DNA from: Geosiphon pyriformis uo1
Taxonomy: Eukaryota > Fungi > Glomeromycota
NCBI GenBank assembly: GCA_016748015.1
Contig: JAAOMT010000031.1
Coordinates: 248,001 to 312,000, forward strand
DNA length: 64,000 nt
Direction of reading: 5' to 3'
Below, piece by piece: positions 29,451 through 42,817 of this stretch. Position numbers and translations under genes: made by a program. Each line of letters begins with the position of its first letter. Position 1 is the stretch's first letter. The notes under the pieces were generated by a model. That model did not search any database and was not told the DNA's origin. It saw nothing but the letters and a program-made list of their open reading frames with translations.

Positions 29451-31605
29451 GTTAACTTTTAATATTAGATGACTTTTAGTTGCGCTTTTATTGCTAATTT
29501 TATCTTTGTAATTATTCTGTCAATAGTATTTTCTGTTTTTCTCTGTACTTTATTTTATGGTTCCTTTTTGGTGTTTTTGTATCTGATGGTTTGTTAATTG
29601 ATTGTAATTTCTATCTTTTGTTGTTGGATCAGTTGAAAAAGTTGTTATGTTAATAAGTAGATGTTGTCAGTAATTTCCATTTTTCTGATATTTTTTGTTA
29701 TGTATACTATGTTTTTATATGCTCTTTTGGTTGTTCAATTTGACATGTTTGGTTTAATAATTATAATTGGTTTCAGATCTTGTGGAATCTTATCTGGTTG
29801 GACTAGTATTCATTGTACTTTCAGTTGTAGAATATTATTGGTAAATGATAATACTATATGGTGATATGATTTCAGTCAATTCTTATGTGTTGTTTTGGCT
29901 AAGATTTTGTTGTCTCATCTTAATTTGTAAGCTCTATTTCCAAGAATTTCTTTTATGTAAAAAGGCCCATCCCATTTGAGGTCAAATTTTCCACTCTATT
30001 TTTTTTCCACTTTGATACAATGTAAAAGTACTTTGTCTTCAATTCTGAATTTAACTGGTTTATCTGGTAGTTAGTTATCATGTCTTTCTTTTTGTTTCTC
30101 TTGTGACTTTTAAATATTATCAGCTGCTCTTTGCCATTTGTTTCTAGTGTTTTTATTAAATCATATGTTCTTCTTAATAATGTTTCTTAGAAATTGTCTT
30201 CTATTATTGGTTTAGTTGAATATGTGCTGACTTTTATCTTTACTGATAATGTTGCTGTTTTACTGTATACTAATTCAAATGGTGTTGCTTGTATAGTGTC
30301 TTGCTTTATTGTCTGATAAGCAAATAATACTGATGGTATAAACAAATCTTATTTGTCTTGGTTTTCTTGGCTGATCTTGGCTATTGCTTTACACAATGTT
30401 CTGTTGAATCTTTCAATTAACCCATTTGTTTATGGATGGTATGGTAATAATAATGGTCTTTTGATTCCAAATCTTTAACTTAGTTCTGCTAATGTTTTAT
30501 TTACAAAGTGAGTTCTTTGATCAGATAACAATTTTTTTAAACATCCATGTTGACAGATTAAATCTTGATGAACAAATTTGGCAATAAATTCTGCATCTGC
30601 TCTTTGAATGGCTTTTGCTTCTGGTTATTTAGTAAGATAATCTATAGCTACTACAATATATCTGTTGCTTTTACTAGTAATTATTAATAGTCTAACTAAG
30701 TCAATTCCAATGCAATTGAATAGTTGTTTCATTTTGATTAGTTTTAACAGTTTATTGGATCTTGTTCCTTTTTTTTTCTGACAAGTATTACAATTTTGAA
30801 CATATTAGATAATGTCTGAATATATTGATAGCCAATAGTATTTTTTTCTGATTTTTTTCATAATTGCTTTTTTGTGAAAATGTTTTGCTATTAGATCAGA
30901 GTACATGTTAAATAATATTGTTTTTTTCTCTGGTTCTGTGATTACTCTGGTTGGTTGATCTAAATTTTTTCTGTTTTTCTAATACAGAATATCTTGGTAA
31001 GTAATAAAATATTTGGATTGTTGTTTTATGTTGTTCCATTCTTTTGGAGATAATTTCTTCTTGAACTGCTGAGTATTAATATAGTGTTGAAGTTGTTAAT
31101 ATTTTTGCATATTTATTTTTTGTTATATTTTTGGGTTAAAATGTTTTTAGATTTGTCTTATTTACAACAAACTATCAGTATTTCCATTTTTTTTTCTTTT
31201 TTTGTAATGTACTGTATAATTAAATGGTAAAAGTTCTATTTTCTATCTAGCATAGCAATTATTTCCAAATTTTTGTTTCTGGATTGAAGTCAATTCTTTG
31301 TGATTAGTGTACACATCAAACTTTTGGCTCAAGTATTTTTTCTATTTCATGATTGCTTAATAGATTGCCAAGTGTTTTAGTGCTGGAGTTCTATAGTTTT
31401 TCTCAGCTGGACTTAAGTTGTAACTAGCATATACTACTGGGTGTTCTCTTTTATCTGGTTTTTTTTGAGATAGTACAGCTCCTAATGCTTGACCTGACAT
31501 ATTGGTTGTGATTATAAATAACTTGTTATAATCTGAATAGATCAGTACTGAAGCTTGAATAAGCTTTCTTTTTAATGTATTAAAAGCTTCTTACTGAGTT
31601 TCCAT

Positions 31606-32659
31606 TGTTACAGGTAAACTTGATGGGTATGGGAAATGGCAATGTTTGGTGCTCTCAATTATTGATGATGCATCTTTCATGTAATTCTGTTGGCTTAGTC
31701 TTGATTATCAGTCTCTGAAGGTCTATTCCTGGATGTGAATTTTACCCATTGAGTTCTTTGGTTATAAGGCACAGAGTTTGTCTTTCGTCGATTGCAACAT
31801 TTTTTGTAAATGTGAGCTTTCTTCTCTGAGCTAACAAGCGCAGTTGTTAGGATCTGGCATTGTCTTTTCACTCTTCTGGTAAGCTAACAAGATAATGTTA
31901 ATATCCAAAACTTAGGGGGAGCTTCCCTTTTTTACCAGGCTATCACGAAGTCTATTCCCAGACAGTTGATTTTACTATGTTGCCGCTTCACAAAAAATTA
32001 AGACAGAAAAAGAAAGAAAAAAAAAAAGAAAAAAAAAGAAAAGAGAGAAAAGATAAATTAGTATCATCAATCACTGTGATCAAAAGCAATTGGTCCAAAT
32101 CGTTAATAGGTTTGAGGTGATTATGCTAAGAGCATCTGTTCTAGGATGGAGGTACGAGACAAGGGTTAATTCACATAAATTTTACAAAGTTCGAAAACAT
32201 GAATTCATGATTCTGATTTCTTTTAATAATTGGTTTATTTCAGGAGATGAAATAGGGAAGATAATAAAGAATGAAGGGATATGGATATTTTAATTTCTGG
32301 TCTAGAGATTCATATCTATTTTTTCTTCTCTGTCTTTTCTCACTTCTACAACTACTTGCTTTTATACATTCTTTTGGTTTTACAGGATTGCTTTCAATTG
32401 TTTCGCTATCGCTAGCTATTGCTTTGTTGTTTCTGTTATTGCTTTGTTTTTCTATGTTATCACTAGTTATTCTATGTTATAACACGTTATTTGATATTAT
32501 TACATGTTATTCTGTGTTATCCTGCATTATAACACGTTATCCTATATTATTGCACGCTATTCTGCGTTATCCAACATTATTGCGTGTTATTCTGTGTTAT
32601 GTCATATTTTTGGTCACATTTTTTCATAACTTTGGATCAGTTTTTCTACTCAGGTAACA
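31606..32659 (-). repeat. 3' LTR of element B
   Basis: Direct repeat of 41704-42817 with TG...CA ends. Confidence 0.95.
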
Positions 32660-32673
32660 TTATCTCTCTCTTT

Positions 32674-33050
32674 TTAAAATTGAGCTCCTGCAAAACCGTA
32701 TGTATCTGTTATCGTGGCTTTGTTTGTGTAATGTTTGATTGTTGTCTCGAGTATTGCCTTTTGTAGATCTTTGAACTGTTGATTGGTTATTCATCCTATG
32801 CTGTTAACCATTATGGTTTTCATAGATTCATTCAGTAGTATGTTTGGGCAATGTTGAAAGGTGGCGTATAGTTGGTATGCTGCTTTGTAATGTAGGGTCA
32901 GGTTGTTTTTCCTTATAAATTTTTCTACTTATTGTATTGCTTCTTTGTTGAATGTTTTCTGGCTGAGATCTTTGTATAGTGTTTTCAAGTCAAGCTGTTC
33001 TCCAATTTTGTAGAACCAATAAGCTAAAGAAAGTCTTTCTTTTCATTCCT
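32674..33050 (-). pseudogene. ORF3 (unknown function) of element B, conserved core
   Basis: YWFYKIGEQL...FIRKNN...AAYQLYATFQHCPNILLN...SIG*IT..QFKDLQ...GAQF*. Confidence 0.75.
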
Positions 33051-36000
33051 GGGCATTGTCAGGTGTCTACTCCCCTGTTTCGGGGAGTTTAGTCTTACAA
33101 GCTAAAACTTGTTTTATTTCTTTGAGCTCGGGGACCAAGTATCTTCTTTTATAACCTTTTTCTCATTCTTTGTCTTCTTCTTTTTCACCCCCTGCCCAAA
33201 GACAATTTTTCCTCCCACATTGCCTTTCAGGTGGTAGGTAGGGGAGGAAACGTTTAGTTCTAATTGAACTTTTGTTTTCTCCTCTCCTGCTTTTATCTTT
33301 GTACCGTATCTCTTTTTTATCAATTGTTATTTCTATTTGAGATGTTGATTTTTGAATTGTTTTAAATAATTGTTTAGATAATTTTAAAATTTAATCTGAA
33401 AGGTTTATGTTGAAATTTCTATCGTTTTTTGCTGCTTTTCAGATGCTATATATATTTGAATTCCCCAATTTAATTTGCTGCCCATTGGCTACGTTTTGAT
33501 GACAATAATTGGTTCCAGATCTTGTGGTATATCTTCTGGTCTGATTAATGAAATTTGTGTTCTTAGTTAAGGTATTGATAACAATGATTCCTGTTTTACA
33601 TGATAAAATTTTAACCGATTTCCATGCGCTACTTTCTTTAAAATCCTGTCTTCCAATTGTAATTTGTAAGCTCTATTTTCTAATGCTTTGTGTATGTAGA
33701 ATGGACCGTCCCATTTTGGGTCAAACTTTCCACTCCACTGTTTCTCAGCTTTTGTACAATATAACAGTACTTGGTCTCCAATCTTGAATTCCATTGGTTG
33801 TTCTGGCAGATGTTTATCATGTCTTTCTTTTTGTTGTTCTTGAGCATGCCTAATATTGTCAGCTGCTGTTCTTCAATTGTTTTCCAATGTTTCCATTAGC
33901 TGGTATGTTCTTTGGTGTAAGGTAGTCTCAAAATTCTTTTCATTGATTGTTTCTGTTGGGTATGATGGTATCACTTGTTCAATCAGTAACGTAGCTTTTC
34001 TTCCATAGACTAGTTCAAATGGTGTGAACTGATTTGTATTTTGTTTCAATGTTTGGTATACAAAGAGTACAAAAAGTATGAATAAGTCTTATTCTTGTCT
34101 GTTTTCATGACTTATTTTTGCTAGTGCTTTGCACAGTGTTCTGTTAAACCATTCTACCAGTCCGTTTGTTTGTGGGTGGTATGGTGACGATAAGGGTCTC
34201 TTTATTCCAAACCATTGGCTTAATTCAGTCAGTATATTATTAATGAAGTGTGTTCTCTGATCAGATAATAATTCTTTTGGACATCCATATCGGCAAATTA
34301 GGTTTTGATGCACAAATTTGGTGACTGTTTTGGCATCGGCCACTTGGATTGCTCTGGCTTCTGGCCATTTTGTAAGATAGTTTATGGCTACAGCAATATA
34401 GCAATTTTCTTGGGATGTAATTGAAAGAGATCCAACCAAATTGATCCTGATTCTATCAAATGGATTTCCAACTGGAATGAGTCGAAGTGGTTCTGTTGAT
34501 CTTGCTCCTCTTCTTTGCTGGCATGCATCACAATTGAGCACATATTCGAAAATGTCTTTGTGCATCATTGGCCAATAGTATAAGTTTAGTGTTCTTTCGA
34601 GGGTAACGTCTTTGTTAAAGTGTCCTACAGTCAAATCTGAGTGCACGCTATATAGTATAGTTTCTCTTTCACTGTCCATGATTAGTTGTTGTGGGTTGGG
34701 GTGGTTTTGGCATTCTCGTCGATATAGTTGGTTGTCTTGAATAAAATAATTTCAGACTTGTTTTCATATGGTACTCTGTTCCTGTTAAGATAATATCTTC
34801 TTGAAATATAGTGTTGATAGGTACTGATATAGTCATTGATAAGTGAGTGTGTCCATGGGTCTGGGATTAGGTTTGTGGCATTCTTGACAAACTGTCAGCA
34901 TTAGTGTTCTTGGATCCTTCCTTGTAATAGACTTTGAGTGAGAATTGTTGTAGATAAGTACTCTATCTCGCATATTTTTTTTCTAGTTGTGGATTGTTGA
35001 GTAACCAAATAAGTTCTTTGTGGTCGGTATATAGGTTAAATGGTTGACTGAGGTAATGTTTCCAAGTCTGTATGGCCCAATAAATGGCGAGACATTCCAG
35101 ATCTGTTGTGCTGTAATTCTTTTCTGCTGGGCTAGTGCTGCGACTAGCATAGGCAACTGGGTGTTCTCTATTGTCTGGTCCTATCTGTGATAAGACTGCT
35201 TCTAGAGCATTTTTCGAGGCATTTGTAGCAACAATGAACCGTTTAGTGAAATCTGGATAAATCAGAATTGGAGATGTGATCAATCGCTGCTTGAGATAGT
35301 CGAATGCTTTCTGTTGATCTTCTTTCCACAAGTACAGTACATATTTGGACAACAATTGATGGAGTGGTTTTGCAATGTTCGAGAAACCTTTGACAAATTG
35401 ACAATAATATCCTGCTAATTCTAGAAATCCTCGTAATTCTCTAAGGTTGATTGGGGCTGGAAAATCTTTGACTTTTTGTACTTTATCTGGATTAGATTTA
35501 ACTCCGTCCTTGCCGATTACATGTCCTAGGAATTTTAACTCAGTTTTTCCAAAGAAGCACTTCTTGGGATTGAGTTTTAATCTGGCACTATGAAGGCGTT
35601 TGAAGACTTATTGCAAGTGGAGCAGATGGTTTTCGAATGTTTTGGAGAACATGTTTGTGTTGTCTAGGTAAACTACTACTGATTTCCAAAAGATTCCTTT
35701 GTATACTACATCCATCAGGTGTTGAAATGTGGCAGAAGCATTACAAAGTCCAAAAAGCATTACATTAAACTCAAAGTTTCTGTCTTGAGTAGTAAATACT
35801 GTTTTTCTTTTGTCTTTGGAGTCCATTTCAACTTGCCAGTAACCACTTGCTAAATCTAATGATGAGAACCATTTCTTTTTTCCTAGATTGTCCAGAATTT
35901 CCTGGATAAGAGAAGTGGGATAACTATCTCCTCATGTGACACTATTTAGTTTTCGATAATCTACGCAGAATTGCACTTTTCCATTTTTCTTGGTAACCAA

Positions 36001-36679
36001 GACTACTGGCGAGGACCAAGGGCTTAACAATTCTTTGATTAGGCCATTATCAAGCATCTGTTGCACTTCTTGCTTAATTAGATTATCACCAGATGGGAGT
36101 ATGCGGTAAGCTCGTTGCTTAATTGGTCGAGTGTTTTCTGTATCAATCTAATGCTTCATGATGTTGGTACATCCGAACTCATTTTTGCTGGCAAAGATAT
36201 CGGCATACTGATTCAGAAGGACTTTGAGTTGCATTTATTGCAGGGTACTTAAATTTCCTAAATTCAATTTATTGATCTCTTCTGGTGTGAACAAGTAACT
36301 TTTTTTTGACAAATTCCATACTTGTGAGGTAATGTCACAGAATAAGAATAATTGTGTGAAATCTGGAATGGACTGGGATTTTTCAGAATTCTGACTATCT
36401 GCGGATATAGAACTGATGAGAGTCCCTTTGGGGATTTTAATGACATCTTTTGTCGGGTTGTGGATGGGGATTTTGAAATGTTTATGGACTTTGGTCAGTA
36501 GGTATAGATTAGCAACATTGGCTAGGGAACAAATTTCAGGACTGGCTTTGAATAATAGGGCTTGATCTTGGATCTTTTGATTCACCTTGAGGATGTATTG
36601 TCAGTATGGGGGAATGGAGATGATGGTGTCAATGTGGATAAATTCTACCTGGTTACTGTCTTCCTCCATGAAATTAACT

Positions 36680-37090
36680 GGTACATTTCTTCTTCCACTT
36701 AATCCAAACCCGTTGATTCCTCAGACAGTGAGGCCTAACTCTTTTTGGGTTGTTACTGGGGTTAATTGGGGTATTTTGACTAGGGGTAGGAAGATAGCTT
36801 GGGCAATCTTTTCTTGTAATTCTATTTTGTAGAGTCTGTCCGAATTGTTCTGTAGCATTATGATAATGTTTCCCGTGTAACCAGCATCAATGATTCTTCC
36901 TTTTATGTCGATTTCTTTCTTGATTAGACTAGATCGAAAGGCAACTTGTACTATTGTACTAACAGGAATTTCTAACATTATCTTAAAATCTATTTTTATG
37001 AGGGAATGTGAGACTATAATAATGGGTGATTGTCTGGGATATCATAGGTCAAAACTGGCATTGGTGTCATGCACTTTTTCGGGGCAGATT
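36680..37090 (-). pseudogene. dUTPase domain of element B
   Basis: PEKVHDTNASFDL, RSSL, GRIIDAGYTGNI, KIAQAIF, GINGFG. Confidence 0.9.
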
Positions 37091-38736
37091 CCTTCCTCAT
37101 TGTCACTGTACCATTTTAGCTTTAGTTCTTTGGATAAGTCAGGATATGCGAGATACTGTTCTGTTTCAGTATCCTCAGTTGGATCTTGAAATGACATGTC
37201 CTTGGTGATCAATACTTCTTCTTTGGGTTCAGGTAGTTCGGTGATTGGAAACAGTATTCTTGGAGGTGGATTGAACATGAGATTACATTCATTGCAGTAC
37301 TGGAAGTGACAGGGGATCAAACAGTGATTGCATAATTTGGTATTCAAATCAGCCAACCTTTGCTTCTGTTCCTCGCGAGTTGGAGCCAATTTCTGATATC
37401 GGTTCTGAAATGTGTCTGGGTCATCTGTAAAGAAATTATCCTCAGGGTAGTTGGGTCCAGTATATTTGAGCATCCAAGGGTTGTCCTTAATTTCTCGTAT
37501 TTCTTTGGGCGTGGTGCCTTCGGCCTTGGTGCTTGCCATTTTCCAGATTTCGTGGTCATCGTGTGGATAACCGTCTAGCCTGTTAAGTGCTCGTTTCTAA
37601 GCATCCTCGATGGGAGTTCTCTTTCATACCCAATCATTGATTAATATGGTGTATTGACAAGCCTTGTCGCATGTTTCTCCTCTGCCAGGCACATCATTCC
37701 AGAGTTTTTTATCTGGCAGAATTCCACCACATGCGAGGCACGGTATGTGGTCCCACTTGCCTTGTCATTTTGGTTGTCTAAATCTTTCCAGTAAACAAGG
37801 CCTGCAATAGTATTTGGTGGCAGTGGGCCATTCTTTGTTGTCCCCAATACATGTGCCCATAGTGGATAATTTTTTTCCACAATCAACACATATTAGTCTT
37901 GGAGGTTGGTAAAATAAGTTTCTTTGGTTCGAGGTTACGTATTCTAGTGATGACAATTGGGGTTTTTTTTCAGCTCTGCCTTTTTCTTTTTCTTTCCAGG
38001 TTGGTGGTGGGGGTAGTTCAGTTCGATAATCATTCACCCATGAAACCTGATAGGTCTCGATAGTTGGTGGCATTAATGTGTCTTCAAATTCAATAAGGTG
38101 TTCCTTGGTATGTTAGTTTTTAAAGTGTCTGCACGTAGCTGGAACTCGGGCATGCTGTCTATTAAACGTAAGTTGAAGTTCTTGGGTGTTCCAGTCGAGA
38201 GTAGTGTTGGCTTTTGACAACCAGTCATTTCCTACTAGAGCTTGATATTGAGTAGCTTCCATAACGAGTACTTTGGTAGGGATTTGGATTCCATTAATCT
38301 CGAAGGGAAAGTTGTCAATTTCTCCTATTGGGGTTTTTGTGTTTTCATCCACTGTAATGATCCAGACAGTAGTGGCACGGTCTACTCAGCGACCTAGTTG
38401 GTCCATGAACTGCTTTGTGATTATGCTACTGGCTGATCCACTATCCAGGATTAATTTAATGTCTATTTCTCTGACTTTGACATCGGTGTATAGGGCCATT
38501 ATTGGTTTATCCTGATTGATAACTGCTCCATTAAAAAGGCTATGTGTGTTCAAATTATCAATGTCAAAAAGAAATATGGCAGCTAGGGTGGTGTCTTTGG
38601 TAATAGTGGCTGGTGGGATATTGCTTTTTGTTGGCTTGAAAGGTTGGGAGATTCATTCTATATCCCCCCCTTCCACAAGTGTAAATTTATCAAAACCCTG
38701 GTCTTCCATAAGACTGAGATAGGAAGCTTGATTTGG

Positions 38737-39717
38737 TGTTACCAGAGGTTTTTGGTCTCTTCTTAGCTCTTGTATGTTTGTTGTAATGCTGTTAATTTAC
38801 GATTATGGGAAGTGTTTGAACCTCTGATAACTGAATTTATCCTCAAATTATCTTCTATAATTTGAGCTGCTGGGCTTATAAGTGGAATGGCCAATTCCTT
38901 GCCAGTTGCTTTTATGTAGTTACATTGTAGTAAATGTCAACTCTTTCCCAGGAATTGCTTGTCTGGAAGCTTACTAAAAATGTGTAGTTACTTTGCTGTG
39001 AAAATCAACTCTTCTACAGAAATCTCGTTTGTAGACTACCCTAATAATTGTAATAAGAAAATAAAAGAAAAATAAAAGAAATGTAAAAAAAATAGAATTT
39101 CTGTCAAGGGAAACGTTTTCTATTCAGGCCTGGCGTCACTAACAGTTTACTGAAATTAGTAGCTAATCAATTTCAAACTGTTTAGTAGGAATTAGTTAAT
39201 TTCAAAAGTAAAATAATTCAGAATTTGATTTTTTGAATTATTTGATATTTATTTTGTTTTTGTGTGTAAAGAATGATTCTAATTGTTAAATCTAAAGTAA
39301 GATACATTTTCTTGAAGAGAGAAGCTCTTCTTTTATACAACTTGTCATAACACTATTCTATAAACTTGAACTTTGCTATTTTCTACAATTTCGCTGAACT
39401 AAAGATACATTTCGGCAAACTACAAGTTATTTCTGCGAACTATTAGATATTTCGGTGAACTATCAATTATTTCGGCGAATTTCTATAAATTTTGGCGAAC
39501 TTTTGAATGTTACATAGTTCGGGGTATTGCATGATTGATCATCACAATTAGGTTACATTTGTGTTGTATACAATTTGGGTTATTAATTAAATAATAATTT
39601 CAGACATTTTTGCTAATGTAATAAGTGATAATTTGAAACAATAATATATGCTAATTAATGATAAGAATTATAAGATAATTTTATGCTAAATAATATCTCT
39701 AATTTTGTCTGGTAACA
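38737..39717 (-). mobile_element. Solo LTR of the C family inserted in gag-protease of B
   Basis: TGTTACC...GGTAACA; aligns with 45260-46272. Flanks TTGG/TCGG are a 4-bp TSD with one CpG transition. Confidence 0.9.
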
Positions 39718-41703
39718 TCGGGTATTCAGTTGGTGTTGGTCAAGATTGGACAGGACTGTGAGGGATTGGTCAAGACGGTCCACTGTTGGTTTGCACCTAA
39801 TTGTTGTTGAGATTCCTCTATCCCTGATTATAGTCTATAGTTCGAGGTCTGGATGGGCTGTAAGGGGAAGTTTGATAATGAGGGATTGCTTGTGTTATTG
39901 GTGGTAGTTGGTAATTATTCTGGGGTAGTGGTTGAGTGTACAGGACTTGTTGTGCATATAGAGGTGGTTGATTCTGAGGTATGGAATATTGGAGTACTAT
40001 GTTTTGCTGATATCTGGGTTGCTGGTATGGGTTTCCTTGATTTTGGTCCATGATCTTCTTTCTGCAGTCACGGGCAATATGTCCAGGTTTCTGGCAGTAG
40101 TAGCAGTTGCAGGGATTGGATCTCCAAGGTTGTTGCTGTTGCTGACGGTTCTGTTGCTGTGGGTATCTGCTGTTGTTGTTATTTTCTTTTCATTGAGGTG
40201 GTTGGTAAGTTCCTGTAGTTCCGGCTAAGAATCCCTCAATTTTCTGAGTTAGTTTCTTACTCAATAGGGTTATTTTTGCGTTGATGTCAGAGATTCTGTT
40301 AATGGCTAAATTAATGGCTTGGGTATGGTTCACTTCTTGTTCTGCAGACTTAAAATTGCGAGCAAGAGTGACAGTGTCTTGTAAACTGGTTGGATGGCAG
40401 GGTCTTACAGATCTTAGAATACTACTCTGCAATCCTTTAATGAATTGATTAAGAACTTATGTCGTGGTGTAGTAGTTCCTTTTGATAGCTAATATTTGAT
40501 GCAGGATTTGATTGAATTGTTTGAGATAAGTAGTTACTGCTTTATGATCTTTTTGTTTAATTATGCTGAATTGATTTTGCAATCGGATTAACATATTGGG
40601 GTCACAGAAATATTGCAGAAATGTGAGTTTAAATTCGGTAAAGAAGGTAGGCTTTTCTGCCAGACTTTGGTACCACGAATCGGCAGTTCCAGTCAAAAAG
40701 AACGGCAGTGCCTGAACTGTGTGGTCATTATTCCAACCATTAGCGGTAATTGCTTTCTTAGCATCCGCAATCCAAAAATATGCATTATCTTCTTCACCAG
40801 AGAATTTTTCCAATTTAGTGATATCTTGGTAAGTCATGATCCAGTTAATGAGTGGGGTGTTACTGGTTATGTTTAAAGGAATTGGTGTCCATGTATTCGA
40901 GTATTCTTTGGGTGCTAATGCTAGTTGCTTTCCTTTGTCGCTTGTATCAATAGGTTGTAAAATAACTGTTTCTTCCGTCAGGAGAAATGCTAATTCTGCT
41001 AGGTTTTGTGCTGGTGGCTGTTCCCAAGTTGACAGGTTTTTTTCTGTTTGACCGGCTGCTGGGTTAAGATTTCCAAACAGTGATCCATATTCTCTTAGTG
41101 ATTTGGTCCAACTGTGTTGATTCCAAGGGTGTGAATTTCCAGGAGTTTGTGGTGTTTCTGACTGGGTTTCTGGGGGTGGGTTGAATACAATTCTACTTTG
41201 GGGTGTCTGATGGTATGATAGAGTTGTTGGGGAGAGAACTCTTGGTTTCTTGTTGACCGTGGACTTGGCTTGGGCAGTTATGGGTTTGTTGGATTTATTT
41301 TCGTATTTCTCAGAATCGGATTTCACTGGTTGTTATACTTGAGGGAATTGTTGTGCCATGTAATATTTAATGTCTGTATCAATTATACACAGAGTTTCAG
41401 TAATTGCTCGGGTAGTCGTGGTTGTTGAGTACCCTAGTAAGCTTTGATGGATTTGTTCTCCAAGTCTTCCTATATCAGTTGTGTGGCCTAACAAGCAGTC
41501 AATTTTTGTGTTGATATAGTTACAAAAATCACTTTTTGTGTAAGTGGTTTCTGCTGGTATTCCTAGGTCTTTTTGAAAATATTGAAATAGTGCTTTTCCA
41601 TACAAGGAGTGGTCCTTTCTTATTGTTCCAATAGTCGCCACTTTTATGTATTTTTGGGGGTGCTCTGTCTCTGTGGATTTATAACCTTATAGGAAGCACT
41701 AAA

Positions 41704-42817
41704 TGTTACGGGTAAACTTAATGGGTATGGGAAATGACAATGTTTGGTGCTCTCAATTATTGATGATGTGTCTTCCATGTAATTCTGTTGGCTTAGTCTT
41801 GATTATCAATCTCTGAAGGTCTATTCCTGGATGTGAATTTTACCTGTTGAGTTCTTTGGTTATAAGGCACAGAGTTTGTCTTTCATCAATTGCAACATTT
41901 TTCGTAAATATGAGCTTTCTTCTCCAAGCTAACAAGCGCAGTCATTAGAGTCTGGCATTGTCTTTTCGCTCTTCTGGTAAGCTAACAAGATAATGTTAAT
42001 ATCCAAAACTTAAAAGGAGCTTCCCTCTTTTACCAGGCTATTACAAAGTCTATTCCCAGACAGTCGATTTTACTATGTTGCTGCTCCACAAAAAATTAAA
42101 ACAGAAAAAGAAAGAAAAAGAAAAAGAAAAGAAAAGAAAAAAGAGAAAAGATAAATTAGTATCGTCAATCGCCATGATCAAGAGCGATTGGTCCAAATCA
42201 TTAATAGGTTCGAGATGGTTATGCTAAGAGCATCTGTTCTAGAACAGAGGTATGAGACAAGGGTTAATTCACGTAAATTTCACAAAGTTCGAAAACATAA
42301 ATTTGCAATTCTGATTTTTTTTAATAATTGGTTTATTTCAGAAGATGAAATAGGGAAGATAATAAAGGATGAAGGGGTATGGATATTTTAATTTCTGGTC
42401 TAGAGGTTTGTATCTATTTTTTCTTCTCTGTCTTTTTTCACTTCTACAACTACTTGCTTTTATATATTCTTTTGGTTTTACAGGATTGCTTTCAATTGTC
42501 TCGCTATCGTTAGCTATTGCTTTGTTGTTTCTGTTATTGCTTCATTTTTCTATGTTATCGCTAGTTATCCTATGTTATAACATGTTATCTGATGTTATTA
42601 CATGTTATTCTGTGTTATCCTGCATTATAACACGTTATCCTATGTTATTGCGCACTATTCTGTGTTATCCTGCATTATAACATGTTATCCAACATTATAA
42701 CATGTTATCCAACATTATAACATGTTATCCAATGTTATTGTGCGTTATTCTGTGTTATGTCACATTTTTGGTCATGTTTCTTCATAACTTTGGATCAGTT
42801 TTTCTACTCAAGTAACA
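41704..42817 (-). repeat. 5' LTR of element B
   Basis: Direct repeat of 31606-32659 with extra 20-bp tandem units at ~42665-42730. Confidence 0.95.

Larger units (their letters stand above)
33567..41641 (-). pseudogene. gag-pol of element B (Gag-PR-Cys-rich-dUTPase-RT-RH-IN), disrupted
   Basis: LILDSGS, GRIIDAGYTG, MLFGLCNA, YLDNT, PVAYASR..EKNY, H..H/CDAC, SDQRTHF, YHPQTNG, WDGPFYI. Confidence 0.92.
31606..42817 (-). mobile_element. Ty3/Gypsy element B, full length, nested in the RT-RNase H junction of A
   Basis: LTRs 31606-32659 and 41704-42817 (TGTTAC...GTAACA). TSD CCAT at 31602-05 and 42818-21. PPT ~32661-32676. PBS ~41685-41701. gag knuckle CYYCQKPGHIARDC ~40080, then PR, dUTPase, RT, RH, IN. 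Confidence 0.95.

Noticed and set aside
32090-32766. Hydrophobic plus-strand ORFs (also 42188-42680) as an env or membrane protein
   Set aside because: They lie inside the B LTRs, antisense to the element, and come from T-rich and tandem-repeat sequence. Their duplication is just the LTR pair.
42570-42760. ~20-bp repeats in LTRs as a CRISPR array
   Set aside because: Head-to-tail tandem units without unique spacers, eukaryotic context, no cas genes.
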